Below, one piece after another: positions 55,542-64,000 of a stretch of DNA of 64,000 nucleotides (position 1 is its first letter; the number at the start of each line of letters is the position of its first letter). The position numbers and the translations under genes are program-made. Origin of the DNA: Candidatus Saccharimonadota bacterium (GTDB taxonomy: Bacteria > Patescibacteriota > Saccharimonadia > Saccharimonadales > JAICHO01); NCBI GenBank assembly GCA_025924835.1, contig JAICHO010000002.1, forward strand, positions 604-64,603, given 5' to 3'. A model generated the notes under the pieces. It was not told where the DNA came from. It did not search any database and worked only from the letters and a program-made list of their open reading frames with translations.

Positions 55542-57629
55542 ATGGCTGATAAGAAAACTGAAATGAAAAATATTAGGAACCTAGGGATTATTGCGCATAT
55601 TGATGCTGGCAAAACTACGACCACCGAAGGTATTTTGTACCGCACAGGTTTAAACCATAAGATTGGCGCCGTCCACGAAGGCGAGACCACAACTGACTGG
55701 ATGGCCCAGGAGCGTGAGCGTGGTATTACGATTGTGGCGGCTTCAGTGACCTGTTTTTGGAAAGGTAACCAGATCAATATTATTGATACGCCTGGACATA
55801 TTGACTTTACGGTTGAAGTGGAACGGTCCTTGCGTGTGCTTGATGGCGCATGCGTGGTCTTTGACGGCAAAATGGGCGTGGAATCACAGTCAGAAACCGT
55901 GTGGCGCCAAGCGGACAAGTACGGTGTGCCTCGCATCTGCTTTATTAACAAAATTAATCAAACCGGCGGTGATTTCTACAAATCCCTTGACTCCATCCAT
56001 AATCGCCTTAGCAAACGGGCGTTCCCCGTTCATTTACCCATTGGCTTCGAACAAAGCATCAATGGCATTGTTGACCTAATAGAAATGAAGGCTTACACCT
56101 ATAAAGAATTTACTGATAAAGCTCTTACTGAGGCCGAAATACCAGCTGACATGATCGATCAGGTTAAAAAATACCGTAGCTTACTAATTGAAAACGCCGT
56201 AGCCGAAGATGAAGCCATGCTTGAAAAATACTTTGAAGTTGGCGAAGAAGGGTTGACGGTTGAAGAAATTAAGCAAGCTATTCGTTCCGCGGTGTTATCT
56301 GGCAAGTTTTTTGCCGTTACAGGCGGGGATGGCCGTGGTGTAATTGTTGAAAAAGTTCTGGACATGGTCAATGACTATTTGCCAAGCCCGTTGGACGTCG
56401 GTTCAACGTGGGGGATTCACCCAAAGACCGGTGATGAAATTGAGCGAAAGCCTTCAGAGACAGAACCTTTTGCAGCCCTAGCATTTAAGATTACAACCGA
56501 TCCGTTTGTTGGAAAGCTGGCTTATTTTCGTGTTTATTCCGGAAAACTTACGGCTGGCTCCTATGTTTTAAACAGTTCTACTGGCGAAAAAGAGCGCATT
56601 GGGCGCATTGTACGCTTACAGGCAGACAAACGAACTGACGTAACGGAAGTCGGTGCCGGTGATATTGCCGCCATCGTGGGGCTCAAAGGTACCACGACCG
56701 GCCACACTCTTAGTGACCTCAATAACCCGATAGTTCTAGAAAGCATCACCTTCCCGGAACCACCGGTTTCAATTGCAATTGAGCCCAAGACAAAGGCTGA
56801 CCAGGAAAAAATGTCAATTGCCATGCAACGCCTGGCAGAAGAAGACCCTACTTTCCGGATTCGGGTAGATGACGAGACAGGTCAAACCATTATCTCTGGA
56901 ATGGGCGAACTACACCTAGAAATTATTGTAGATCGTATGAAACGGGAATTTGGTGTTGAGGCCAACATTGGTCAGCCTCAGGTGGCTTACCGTGAAACCA
57001 TACGTAAAGATGGGGTTGAAGTCCAAGGCAAGTTTATCCGGCAGTCCGGCGGCCGCGGGCAGTATGGTGACGTCTGGTTACGTCTAAGCCAAAACGAATC
57101 AGGTAAAGGCTTTGAATTCATCAACTCCATCAAGGGTGGTGTTGTCCCCAGTGAATACATCAAGCCTGTTGAGCAGGGTATTATTGAAGCGCTTAATAAT
57201 GGCGTACTAGCCGGCTATCCGGTCGTTGATGTCAAAGCCGAATTATATGATGGCAGTTATCACGAAGTTGACTCATCAGAAATGGCCTTTAAGATCGCGG
57301 GCTCTATGGCAATTCAAGACGGTGTCAAAAAGGCCAATCCGGTACTGTTAGAGCCAATCATGAAGGTGGTGGTGGTAACACCAGAAGAATTCATGGGGGA
57401 CGTTATTGGCGATCTGAACTCCAAACGTGGCCGGATTGAATCGATGGAAGATTTGAGCGCGGGCATTAAGGAAATAACCGCCTTTGTGCCATTGGGGGAA
57501 ATGTTCGGTTACACCACAAACCTCCGCAGTAATACCCAAGGTCGGGCCAGCAGCAGCATGGAATTGGACCATTACCAAGACGTTCCGAATAATGTGACCG
57601 AAGCTATCATAGCCAAAAACTCCAAATAA
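55542..57629 (+). CDS. fusA: Elongation factor G
   Basis: [20 protein letters not shown] and NKINQ GTPase motifs, 695 aa. Confidence 0.97.
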   Translation: MADKKTEMKNIRNLGIIAHIDAGKTTTTEGILYRTGLNHKIGAVHEGETTTDWMAQERERGITIVAASVTCFWKGNQINIIDTPGHIDFTVEVERSLRVLDGACVVFDGKMGVESQSETVWRQADKYGVPRICFINKINQTGGDFYKSLDSIHNRLSKRAFPVHLPIGFEQSINGIVDLIEMKAYTYKEFTDKALTEAEIPADMIDQVKKYRSLLIENAVAEDEAMLEKYFEVGEEGLTVEEIKQAIRSAVLSGKFFAVTGGDGRGVIVEKVLDMVNDYLPSPLDVGSTWGIHPKTGDEIERKPSETEPFAALAFKITTDPFVGKLAYFRVYSGKLTAGSYVLNSSTGEKERIGRIVRLQADKRTDVTEVGAGDIAAIVGLKGTTTGHTLSDLNNPIVLESITFPEPPVSIAIEPKTKADQEKMSIAMQRLAEEDPTFRIRVDDETGQTIISGMGELHLEIIVDRMKREFGVEANIGQPQVAYRETIRKDGVEVQGKFIRQSGGRGQYGDVWLRLSQNESGKGFEFINSIKGGVVPSEYIKPVEQGIIEALNNGVLAGYPVVDVKAELYDGSYHEVDSSEMAFKIAGSMAIQDGVKKANPVLLEPIMKVVVVTPEEFMGDVIGDLNSKRGRIESMEDLSAGIKEITAFVPLGEMFGYTTNLRSNTQGRASSSMELDHYQDVPNNVTEAIIAKNSK

Positions 57630-57755
57630 ACGTGAGCATATTCACCTCGACCAACCCTTTACAAACACCTGTCGTTAAGGTAAGATATTCCGGTAACGCG
57701 TGTGAGTTTATTAACTTATGCAAAATATTAGTAATTTATAGGAGTAACACATAAC

Positions 57756-58937
57756 ATGGCACAATTCGACCGCAGCAAACCCCACGTCAATGTAGGAACC
57801 ATGGGCCACGTGGACCACGGTAAGACTACGCTAACAGCAGCTATTACGGCCGTACTTGCCAAAAAGCTCCCCAGCGATGTTAACAAACCCGTTAAATACG
57901 ATGAAATCGACAATGCTCCAGAGGAAAAAGCTCGTGGTATTACCATTGCTACCTCCCACCAGGAATACGAATCGGAAAAGCGTCACTACGCCCACGTAGA
58001 TATGCCCGGTCACGCCGATTATGTTAAGAACATGATTACTGGCGCCGCTCAGATTGATGGTGCCGTGTTGGTTGTATCTGCAGCTGACGGTCCAATGCCA
58101 CAGACCCGCGAACATGTATTGCTTGCCCGCCAGGTTGGTGTGCCTAGTATCTTGGTATTCATGAACAAGATGGACCTAGCTGATCCAGAATTAGTTGAAT
58201 TGGTTGAAATGGATATCCGTGAACTTCTGGCTAAAAACGGCTTTGACGAAAACGCTCCTATTGTTAAAGGTTCAGCCACTAAGGCACTGGATGGTTCCGC
58301 GAGCGATGAAGACGCGATTATGGAACTGGTCAAGGCTATGGATGACTATATTCCAGAACCAAAGCGCGAACTTGACAAGCCTTTCTTAATGCCGATTGAG
58401 GACGTATTCTCTATCAAAGGCCGTGGCACAGTTGCTACCGGTCGTGTTGAACAAGGTGTTATTAAGGTTAACGAAGAAGTTGAAATCGTCGGTATCCGTC
58501 CAACAAAAAAAGTTGTCGTAACAGGCGTTGAAATGTTCAAGAAAAACCTTGATCAAGGCCAAGCTGGCGACAATGTCGGTGTCCTGCTACGCGGCATTGA
58601 ACGTGATGACATTGAACGTGGACAAGTGCTCTGCAAGCCGGGTTCCATAACGCCACACACCGAGTTTGACAGTGAAGTTTACATCTTGACCAAAGAAGAA
58701 GGCGGGCGCCACACACCATTCTTTAAAGGCTACAAGCCGCAGTTTTACTTCCGCACAACCGATGTCACCGGAGAAGTTGAATTGCCAGCCGACAAAGAAA
58801 TGGTTATGCCAGGGGACACCATTACCTTTAAAGTCAAGTTACTAGCGCCTATTGCCATGGAACAAGGTCTGCGCTTCGCCATCCGTGAAGGTGGCCGAAC
58901 CGTTGGCGCCGGTGTTGTAACCAAAATCGTCAAATAA
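57756..58937 (+). CDS. tuf: Elongation factor Tu
   Basis: [18 protein letters not shown] and NKMD motifs, 393 aa. TAGGAG SD upstream. Confidence 0.97.
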   Translation: MAQFDRSKPHVNVGTMGHVDHGKTTLTAAITAVLAKKLPSDVNKPVKYDEIDNAPEEKARGITIATSHQEYESEKRHYAHVDMPGHADYVKNMITGAAQIDGAVLVVSAADGPMPQTREHVLLARQVGVPSILVFMNKMDLADPELVELVEMDIRELLAKNGFDENAPIVKGSATKALDGSASDEDAIMELVKAMDDYIPEPKRELDKPFLMPIEDVFSIKGRGTVATGRVEQGVIKVNEEVEIVGIRPTKKVVVTGVEMFKKNLDQGQAGDNVGVLLRGIERDDIERGQVLCKPGSITPHTEFDSEVYILTKEEGGRHTPFFKGYKPQFYFRTTDVTGEVELPADKEMVMPGDTITFKVKLLAPIAMEQGLRFAIREGGRTVGAGVVTKIVK

Positions 58938-58958
58938 ATCTATAAACGAAACAATATT

Positions 58959-58999
58959 ATTAAATAGAGAGTGGCCGACCCAGCTACTCTCTATTTAAT
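58959..58999. repeat. Perfect 14-bp inverted repeat downstream of tuf (possible terminator lacking a U-tract)
   Basis: ATTAAATAGAGAGT (58959-58972), a 13-nt loop, then ACTCTCTATTTAAT (58986-58999), followed by AGACAAAGG rather than a T-run. Confidence 0.6.
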
Positions 59000-59025
59000 A
59001 GACAAAGGGATCTTGTAAGATAATC

Positions 59026-59328
59026 ATGATAGAAGTAATGCTATTAGAACACGACACCGAAGCACTAGTGCGTCCTTTTACTACTGAAGATCCTCATTCA
59101 GTCGGCAAGATCGTATTAAGACAAGAAATGCGTGACCCAGCGGGGGGTGGTGAGCGGTATGCTGTTGGTTTTGTGGACATAGAATTTACTGAGCCAGATG
59201 TGAGATCAACTGGCGTGGCTCTTTTCCCGGAAAAGGACTTGCCGTTTACTCCCGATCACCTAAATGACGAGGCTGCAAAACGGTATATTAGTTTTGGTTA
59301 TTATTTGGCGTTTCAGCGAGAAATATAG
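59026..59328 (+). CDS. Hypothetical 100-aa protein between tuf and rpsJ
   Basis: ORF only, acidic, no motif recognised. Confidence 0.4.
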   Translation: MIEVMLLEHDTEALVRPFTTEDPHSVGKIVLRQEMRDPAGGGERYAVGFVDIEFTEPDVRSTGVALFPEKDLPFTPDHLNDEAAKRYISFGYYLAFQREI

Positions 59329-59482
59329 CGGTTGGGCCGGAGTTTAAATAGGAATTGATTACTGCTATTACAAAAAATGCTGTATAATCACAGCGTAAAT
59401 TAATGGTGGTGACTAAAAGTCATTCCGATGCTTCCTAAGTAAGCTTGGAAAGATGTTACACCACAGCAGGAGTTATAACCCA

Positions 59483-59845
59483 ATGGCAGAAGCCACAAAA
59501 CCAGCTGCTAACAAAGCAGATGCCAAAACTAAAGCTGAAAGCAAACAGCGGATTCGTATCCGTCTAAAGGCATATGACCATAAGGTCATTGACCAATCTA
59601 CGAAGCAGATTGTGGATACAGCGTTGCGTACCGGCGCCACTATTGCCGGCCCAATCCCGCTCCCTACAAAGAAAACAACATATACAGTCGTCAAAAGCCC
59701 GCACGTTTATAAAAAAGGTCGTGAGCAGTTCGAAATGCGTGTTCACAAGCGACTCATAGACGTCTTTGATCCCACGCCTAAGACAATCGATAGCCTCATG
59801 AACTTATCTCTGCCGGCCGGTTGCGACGCTGAAATAAAAATGTAG
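59483..59845 (+). CDS. rpsJ: 30S ribosomal protein S10 with an ~18-aa Lys/Ala-rich N-terminal extension
   Basis: [18 protein letters not shown]...HKRLIDV. ATG 59483 is preceded by AGGAG at 59469-59473. Confidence 0.93.
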   Translation: MAEATKPAANKADAKTKAESKQRIRIRLKAYDHKVIDQSTKQIVDTALRTGATIAGPIPLPTKKTTYTVVKSPHVYKKGREQFEMRVHKRLIDVFDPTPKTIDSLMNLSLPAGCDAEIKM

Positions 59846-59846
59846 C

Positions 59847-60653
59847 GTGCATAGTTTTGGGGTTAGCTTTTCAATCAAATACGCCCGCGAATTAGATGTT
59901 AACCCCCGCGCTTGTTTAGAAGCTGCTTTAAAAGACCTAGGTGCACGGCGTCTTAGGCTAATGAGTTACTGGGATATACACGAGCAGAAACAGGGTGTAC
60001 ATGATTTTGGCGAACTTGACTGGCAGTTTGATCTTGCCAAAAAGTATGGTGCCAAAGTATCTTTAGCCATAGGTCTGAGGCAACCCCGGTGGCCAGAATC
60101 CCATTGGCCGGCGTGGACAAAGGATCTGGACGCTACGACGTGGCAACAATATTTATTAAATTATATAGAAACAACGGTCAGGCGCTACCGGAACCATCCA
60201 AGCCTGCAAAGCTGGCAGTTAGAAAATGAGGCGTTATTAAAATCGTTTGGCCTGCATGGAAACTATGACCGCCGCAGACTGCAACAAGAACTGCAACTAG
60301 TCAAACAGACAGACAATATGCATCCGGTTATTATGACTATGAGTGATTCGTGGGGCATACCTGTGCGAAAGCCATGGCCGGATATATTCGGAATATCGCT
60401 GTATAGACGATTTTATGATCGTGGCGCATACAGATATTCCCGCCGTCCAGCATGGTTTTATGCACTGCGCGGGCGACTAATTACACTGCTTACCGGCCGG
60501 CCAGTTTTTATTCATGAACTGCAAATGGAACCATGGGGGCCTAAAGCTACGGTAGAGCTATCTCACGATGAGCAGCGGCAGACAATGAATCCTGATTATT
60601 TTAACCAAACGGTTGCTTACGCAGCAAAAACAGGAAAGAACAATTCTCATTAA
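59847..60653 (+). CDS. Clan GH-A-like (TIM-barrel) glycoside hydrolase-like protein
   Basis: 268 aa. WQLENEA resembles the acid/base NE(P) strand, and IHELQMEPWG a possible nucleophile strand. The GTG start is 1 nt after the rpsJ stop. Family assignment is unverified. Confidence 0.45.
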   Translation: MHSFGVSFSIKYARELDVNPRACLEAALKDLGARRLRLMSYWDIHEQKQGVHDFGELDWQFDLAKKYGAKVSLAIGLRQPRWPESHWPAWTKDLDATTWQQYLLNYIETTVRRYRNHPSLQSWQLENEALLKSFGLHGNYDRRRLQQELQLVKQTDNMHPVIMTMSDSWGIPVRKPWPDIFGISLYRRFYDRGAYRYSRRPAWFYALRGRLITLLTGRPVFIHELQMEPWGPKATVELSHDEQRQTMNPDYFNQTVAYAAKTGKNNSH

Positions 60654-60681
60654 TTAATACATAAATATGAGGAGACTTTAG

Positions 60682-61152
60682 ATGCCATCCATACCCAATA
60701 ACTCATCAAACAATTCACGTCGCGGCATTGACTATATCGGCGTATCCGTCTGCGCTATCGTACATGATGGTCACGGTAAAATACTGATGATGAAGCGGGG
60801 TGCAAAAGCACGTGATGAGCATGGGCGATGGGATATTATGGGCGGTTCGATGGAATTTGGTGAACTAATAGAAGAAACACTGCGGCGCGAATTGTATGAA
60901 GAGTTAAGGACAAAGCCGCTGCGCATACAATTTTTGACTGCCTACGAGGCGCATAGGCAGCACAAAAGTGATAAAACACATTGGATAGCTTTATTGCATG
61001 GCGTTGAGGTAGATCCGAAGACAATAATGCTAGGTGAGCCAGATAAGTTTGATGAAATAGGGTGGTTTACCGCTGCCACCCTACCATCTCCGTTACATTC
61101 TCAGTTTCACAAAGCTCTGAAAGCCGCCTTGGTAGCCGGCATATTAATATAG
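60682..61152 (+). CDS. NUDIX hydrolase
   Basis: Nudix box GSMEFGELIEETLRRELYEELR (G-x5-E-x7-REUxEE). GAGGAG SD upstream. Confidence 0.8.
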   Translation: MPSIPNNSSNNSRRGIDYIGVSVCAIVHDGHGKILMMKRGAKARDEHGRWDIMGGSMEFGELIEETLRRELYEELRTKPLRIQFLTAYEAHRQHKSDKTHWIALLHGVEVDPKTIMLGEPDKFDEIGWFTAATLPSPLHSQFHKALKAALVAGILI

Positions 61153-61167
61153 TGTATACTGCTGCTT

Positions 61168-61467
61168 ATGGTTAAACGTAAGACAAAAAATAATACTAAA
61201 AAAATATCAAAGCAGCCACGTGAGCTGGACGGTATTTATATTCTTAAAATCGTATTGTATGTCATAGTTGGATCCCAATGGATTCGTCTGAGCGATACGG
61301 CCATGACCAAACAAATACCGATTCCGGCAGGATTAATTATTGGTAGCTTGTTTGCCATGCATGATCATTTTCAGATTGACAGAAAGATTGAATACGCAAT
61401 TCTATTGTTAGCTTGCTTGTTAGGCTTTTGGTCTCAAACGGGACTTCTAATAACAGCACTCCATTAG
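61168..61467 (+). CDS. Small membrane protein (hypothetical)
   Basis: 99 aa with a basic N-terminus followed by three hydrophobic segments. Confidence 0.45.
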   Translation: MVKRKTKNNTKKISKQPRELDGIYILKIVLYVIVGSQWIRLSDTAMTKQIPIPAGLIIGSLFAMHDHFQIDRKIEYAILLLACLLGFWSQTGLLITALH

Positions 61468-61676
61468 CCCGCATGGTTTGCCCGGAGTAAACCCATTTAA
61501 TTTTGTAGTTTTTGCAACATATTGACAGGAGTAGGCGTTGTCTGTTAATCTGTAATGGTATCTAAATAATATCTTGGCCTTCTATCAAGGTTTGCCATCA
61601 ATAACAGGGGCGAAAACCAGAAGAGACCAAGCGTTTTTATGTCTAGCCTTGGAGTTTGGACAATGAAGGGACGATC

Positions 61677-62288
61677 GTGAAGGCACTCATTACCAGGAAG
61701 ATCGGTATGACTAGCACCATTGCTGAGGATGGTGTAATGACTGCTATTACTTTGCTTTCGGCCACGAATAACGTCGTAACGCAAGTTAAAACCATTGAAA
61801 CTGATGGGTATACTGCTTTACAAGTCGGCGCAGAAGAATCAACTAAACATGGCAAGGCCAAGGCCGGCCACTTAAAAGCCGCCAAAGCTCAGTCCAAGAT
61901 CCTACGTGAGTTCCGTGTGCAAGATATCCCTGAAGAACTCGGCGTCGGCGCGTTAGTTGCAGCCGACGTTTTTAATATAGGCGACAAAGTTAATGTCACT
62001 GGTATCAGCAAAGGCAAAGGGTGGGGTGGCACAATTAAACGACACAATTTTCATCGCGGACGGAAAACACACGGCGGTGGTTCATATCGTCGTCCCGGAT
62101 CTATCGGCTCCATGTATCCGCAAAAGATTTTTAAGGGCAAAAAAATGGCCGGTCAACTGGGTTATGATCAAGTTACCGTGCAAAATCTGACAGTTGCTTT
62201 AGTAGATAACGATCTTGGAGTCATAGGTGTAGCTGGAGCCGTTCCGGGTCCACGCAAGGGTATTGTGCTCGTACAGGAGGCTCAGTAA
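61677..62288 (+). CDS. rplC: 50S ribosomal protein L3
   Basis: (M)KALITRKIGMTS... and the WGG...RPGSIG region. In-frame GTG 61677 gives the canonical N-terminus, whereas the track starts at TTG 61656. Confidence 0.93.
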   Translation: MKALITRKIGMTSTIAEDGVMTAITLLSATNNVVTQVKTIETDGYTALQVGAEESTKHGKAKAGHLKAAKAQSKILREFRVQDIPEELGVGALVAADVFNIGDKVNVTGISKGKGWGGTIKRHNFHRGRKTHGGGSYRRPGSIGSMYPQKIFKGKKMAGQLGYDQVTVQNLTVALVDNDLGVIGVAGAVPGPRKGIVLVQEAQ

Positions 62289-62929
62289 TGGCTGCACTGA
62301 CGTATACAAAAAACGGCACTAAAGCCACAACGGCTGCGAAGCTTGATAAGGCTGTCTTTGGAGTTATGCCAGGAAGCCATGAATTATTAAAGGCCGCATA
62401 TGTAGCCTACCTGGCAAATGGCCGCACAAGTGCTGCAAATTCTAAAACTCGTGGTGACGTTAGCGGTGGTGGACGCAAGCCCTGGAAGCAAAAAGGCACG
62501 GGCCGAGCTCGCTTTGGGAGTAGCCGTAACCCTATCTGGCGTGGTGGTGGTATTGCCTTTGGCCCAAACGGTAATGAAAATTATGCTCACAAGTTACGCA
62601 CGAACGCTAAGCGTCAAGCGATTCGGCAGGCCCTAAGCTTAGCTTCTGCCGAGAGTCGACTTATTATTATTGAAACGTTTGAATGTAAGGACGGCAAAGT
62701 AGCCGCGACTGTGAAGTTACTGAACAAAATCGGAGCCAAGGGTAACATACTCCTGGGGATTAGTGTCAAAGACGATTTGGTTATACGAGCTACTCGTAAT
62801 GTTTCCAATCTTAAAACAGTTCAAGCTAAGTATCTAAATGTTTATGACATTATGAATGCCGATACAATTGTTCTCAGCCAGAAAGCGCTTCAAATGATTC
62901 ACGAATGGCTCGGAGAGGTTAAAGCATGA
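62288..62929 (+). CDS. rplD: 50S ribosomal protein L4
   Basis: 213 aa with GGGRKPWKQKGTGRAR and position after rplC. Confidence 0.95.
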   Translation: MAALTYTKNGTKATTAAKLDKAVFGVMPGSHELLKAAYVAYLANGRTSAANSKTRGDVSGGGRKPWKQKGTGRARFGSSRNPIWRGGGIAFGPNGNENYAHKLRTNAKRQAIRQALSLASAESRLIIIETFECKDGKVAATVKLLNKIGAKGNILLGISVKDDLVIRATRNVSNLKTVQAKYLNVYDIMNADTIVLSQKALQMIHEWLGEVKA

Positions 62930-63267
62930 GCTTATCCATGATATTAAAACCGCGCGTTAGCGAAAAAGCTTATGGTCTAAGCCAAAAAGGCAACACCTAC
63001 GTATTCCAGGTACCTGGCGATGCCAATAAACTGACTATTGCTGCGGCTATCGCTGAGCAGTTCAAGGTAACTGTTGTTGGCGTTAATATTACTAATCTCA
63101 AGGGCAAAACAAAGCGCACGGTTCGTAAAGGCGGCCGATCTACCACCGGCAGTAGGTCAGATATCAAGAAAGCATACGTAAGCTTAAAAGATGGTGACAG
63201 TATTGCTATTTTTGCGAACGAAGAAGATGACTCAGCAGTTAAGCCATCGAAAAAGGATAAAAAGTAA
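62926..63267 (+). CDS. rplW: 50S ribosomal protein L23
   Basis: ILKPRVSEKA... N-terminus, position between L4 and L2, and a Lys-rich C-terminal tail. Confidence 0.9.
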   Translation: MSLSMILKPRVSEKAYGLSQKGNTYVFQVPGDANKLTIAAAIAEQFKVTVVGVNITNLKGKTKRTVRKGGRSTTGSRSDIKKAYVSLKDGDSIAIFANEEDDSAVKPSKKDKK

Positions 63268-64000
63268 TGGCAATTACCAACTACAACCCAACTACTCCGG
63301 GCCGACGCGGTATGACTTCGCAAGACATGAGCGCAATCACTACCCGTAAACCACTTAAGTCGTTAATTGTCATCAAGAAGAAAAACTCCGGGCGTAATAA
63401 CCAGGGTCGTATTACTAACCGTCATAGGGGCGGCGGAGTGCGCAAATTTTATCGGATGGTTAACTTTAAACTAGCCGAAGGCACTCAAGCAGTTATTGAA
63501 CAGATTGAGTATGACCCTAACCGCAGTGCGCGGATTGCCAGAATCAAAGATAACAATAATAAGTATCACTATATTTTGGCCGCTCAAGGCATGGCAGTTG
63601 GCCAAACAGTCGCAGCAGGCCAAGAGACGGCTATTGAAACGGGCAATCGTCTAGCGCTCAAAAACATACCCGTCGGCAGCGTTATTCATGCGATAGAGCT
63701 ACAACCAGGCCATGGCGCGCAATTAGTGCGCTCCGCTGGCAATAGCGCCCAGTTGGTTGCCCGTGACGAGGAGTACGCGCAGGTCAAGCTACCGAGTGGC
63801 GAAGTGCGCTTAATACATATTGAATGTACTGCAAGCATTGGCGTTATCGGTAACGAACAACACCAAAACATTAAAATTGGCAAAGCCGGACGTAATCGTC
63901 ACAAAGGTATCCGGCCTGGAGTTCGTGGAGTGGTCATGAATGCAGCCGACCATCCACATGGTGGTGGTGATGGTGGCCGCCACGGTATGGGCAAAGACCC
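63268..64000 (+). CDS. rplB: 50S ribosomal protein L2 (3' end outside the window)
   Basis: ATG 63268 opens MAITNYNPTTPGRRGMT...GRNNQGRITNRHRGGG. The frame is open to the window end, and the ORF is absent from the track because no stop is reached. Confidence 0.93.

Noticed and set aside
61468-61676. Structured leader or attenuator upstream of rplC (CTTGG...CCAAG followed by GCGTTTTTA)
   Set aside because: Only a 5-bp long-range pairing and a short T-run are present, which is too weak to call without covariation data. It is mentioned only as part of the S10-operon insertion finding.
1-64000. Alternative genetic code (UGA recoding, as in some candidate-phyla bacteria)
   Set aside because: TGA terminates conserved proteins at their expected lengths (for example gatA at 5911-5913, hisS at 43028-30 and clpP at 45672-74). 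No conserved gene needs read-through.
1-64000. CRISPR arrays, transposases, integrases, prophage genes, rRNA operons
   Set aside because: I saw no regularly spaced direct repeats, no DDE/tyrosine-recombinase-like ORFs and no rRNA-like sequence. Visual scanning has limits, so very short or degenerate elements could be missed.

Overview
This is a dense, mostly housekeeping 64-kb stretch with about 60 protein genes and one tRNA. I saw no rRNA, CRISPR array, transposase or integrase. All calls come from reading the ORF translations and DNA by eye; no searches were run. Gene content and order: uvrB (partial), gatC-gatA-[small membrane ORF]-gatB, galU, a ytxG/ytxH-like trio, dnaE, pilB-type ATPase, malic enzyme, rplS, rnhB, yraN, M1 aminopeptidase, nusA, clpC, radA, PBP1A, tyrS, recG, rsmD, tRNA-Leu(UAG), a hisG/E-hisD-hisS cluster, tig, clpP, rpoB-rpoC, rpsL-rpsG-[ORF]-fusA-tuf, then rpsJ-[3 inserted genes]-rplC-rplD-rplW-rplB (partial). 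This pattern suggests a small-genome, Gram-positive-type bacterium, possibly Patescibacteria/Saccharibacteria-like, but that is a low-confidence inference. UGA behaves as a stop codon. The observations most worth follow-up are these. (1) A candidate leader-peptide attenuator lies upstream of a truncated-looking his cluster. It has an 18-codon ORF with a His-His-Leu-His run and four mutually complementary GC segments ending in a perfect intrinsic terminator. The cluster encodes a HisG-HisE-like fusion, HisD and HisS. (2) Two near-identical CIRCE (HrcA-type) operators sit in front of clpC and clpP, each with a TTGACC -35 box inside the operator spacer. (3) A self-contained two-gene operon encodes a HerA/FtsK/VirB4-class ATPase and a Cys-rich repeat protein of no family I recognise. 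(4) Non-ribosomal genes are inserted in the normally invariant str/S10 gene strings: one ORF between rpsG and fusA, one between tuf and rpsJ, and a glycosidase-like/NUDIX/membrane trio between rpsJ and rplC. (5) At least 16 genes have a -10 box only 6-9 nt upstream of the ATG, often as extended TGnTAnAnT, which implies many leaderless mRNAs. (6) An AT-rich islet of orphan genes, including a SemiSWEET-like transporter, follows tRNA-Leu. None of these can be proven novel from sequence alone; the decisive checks are listed per finding.
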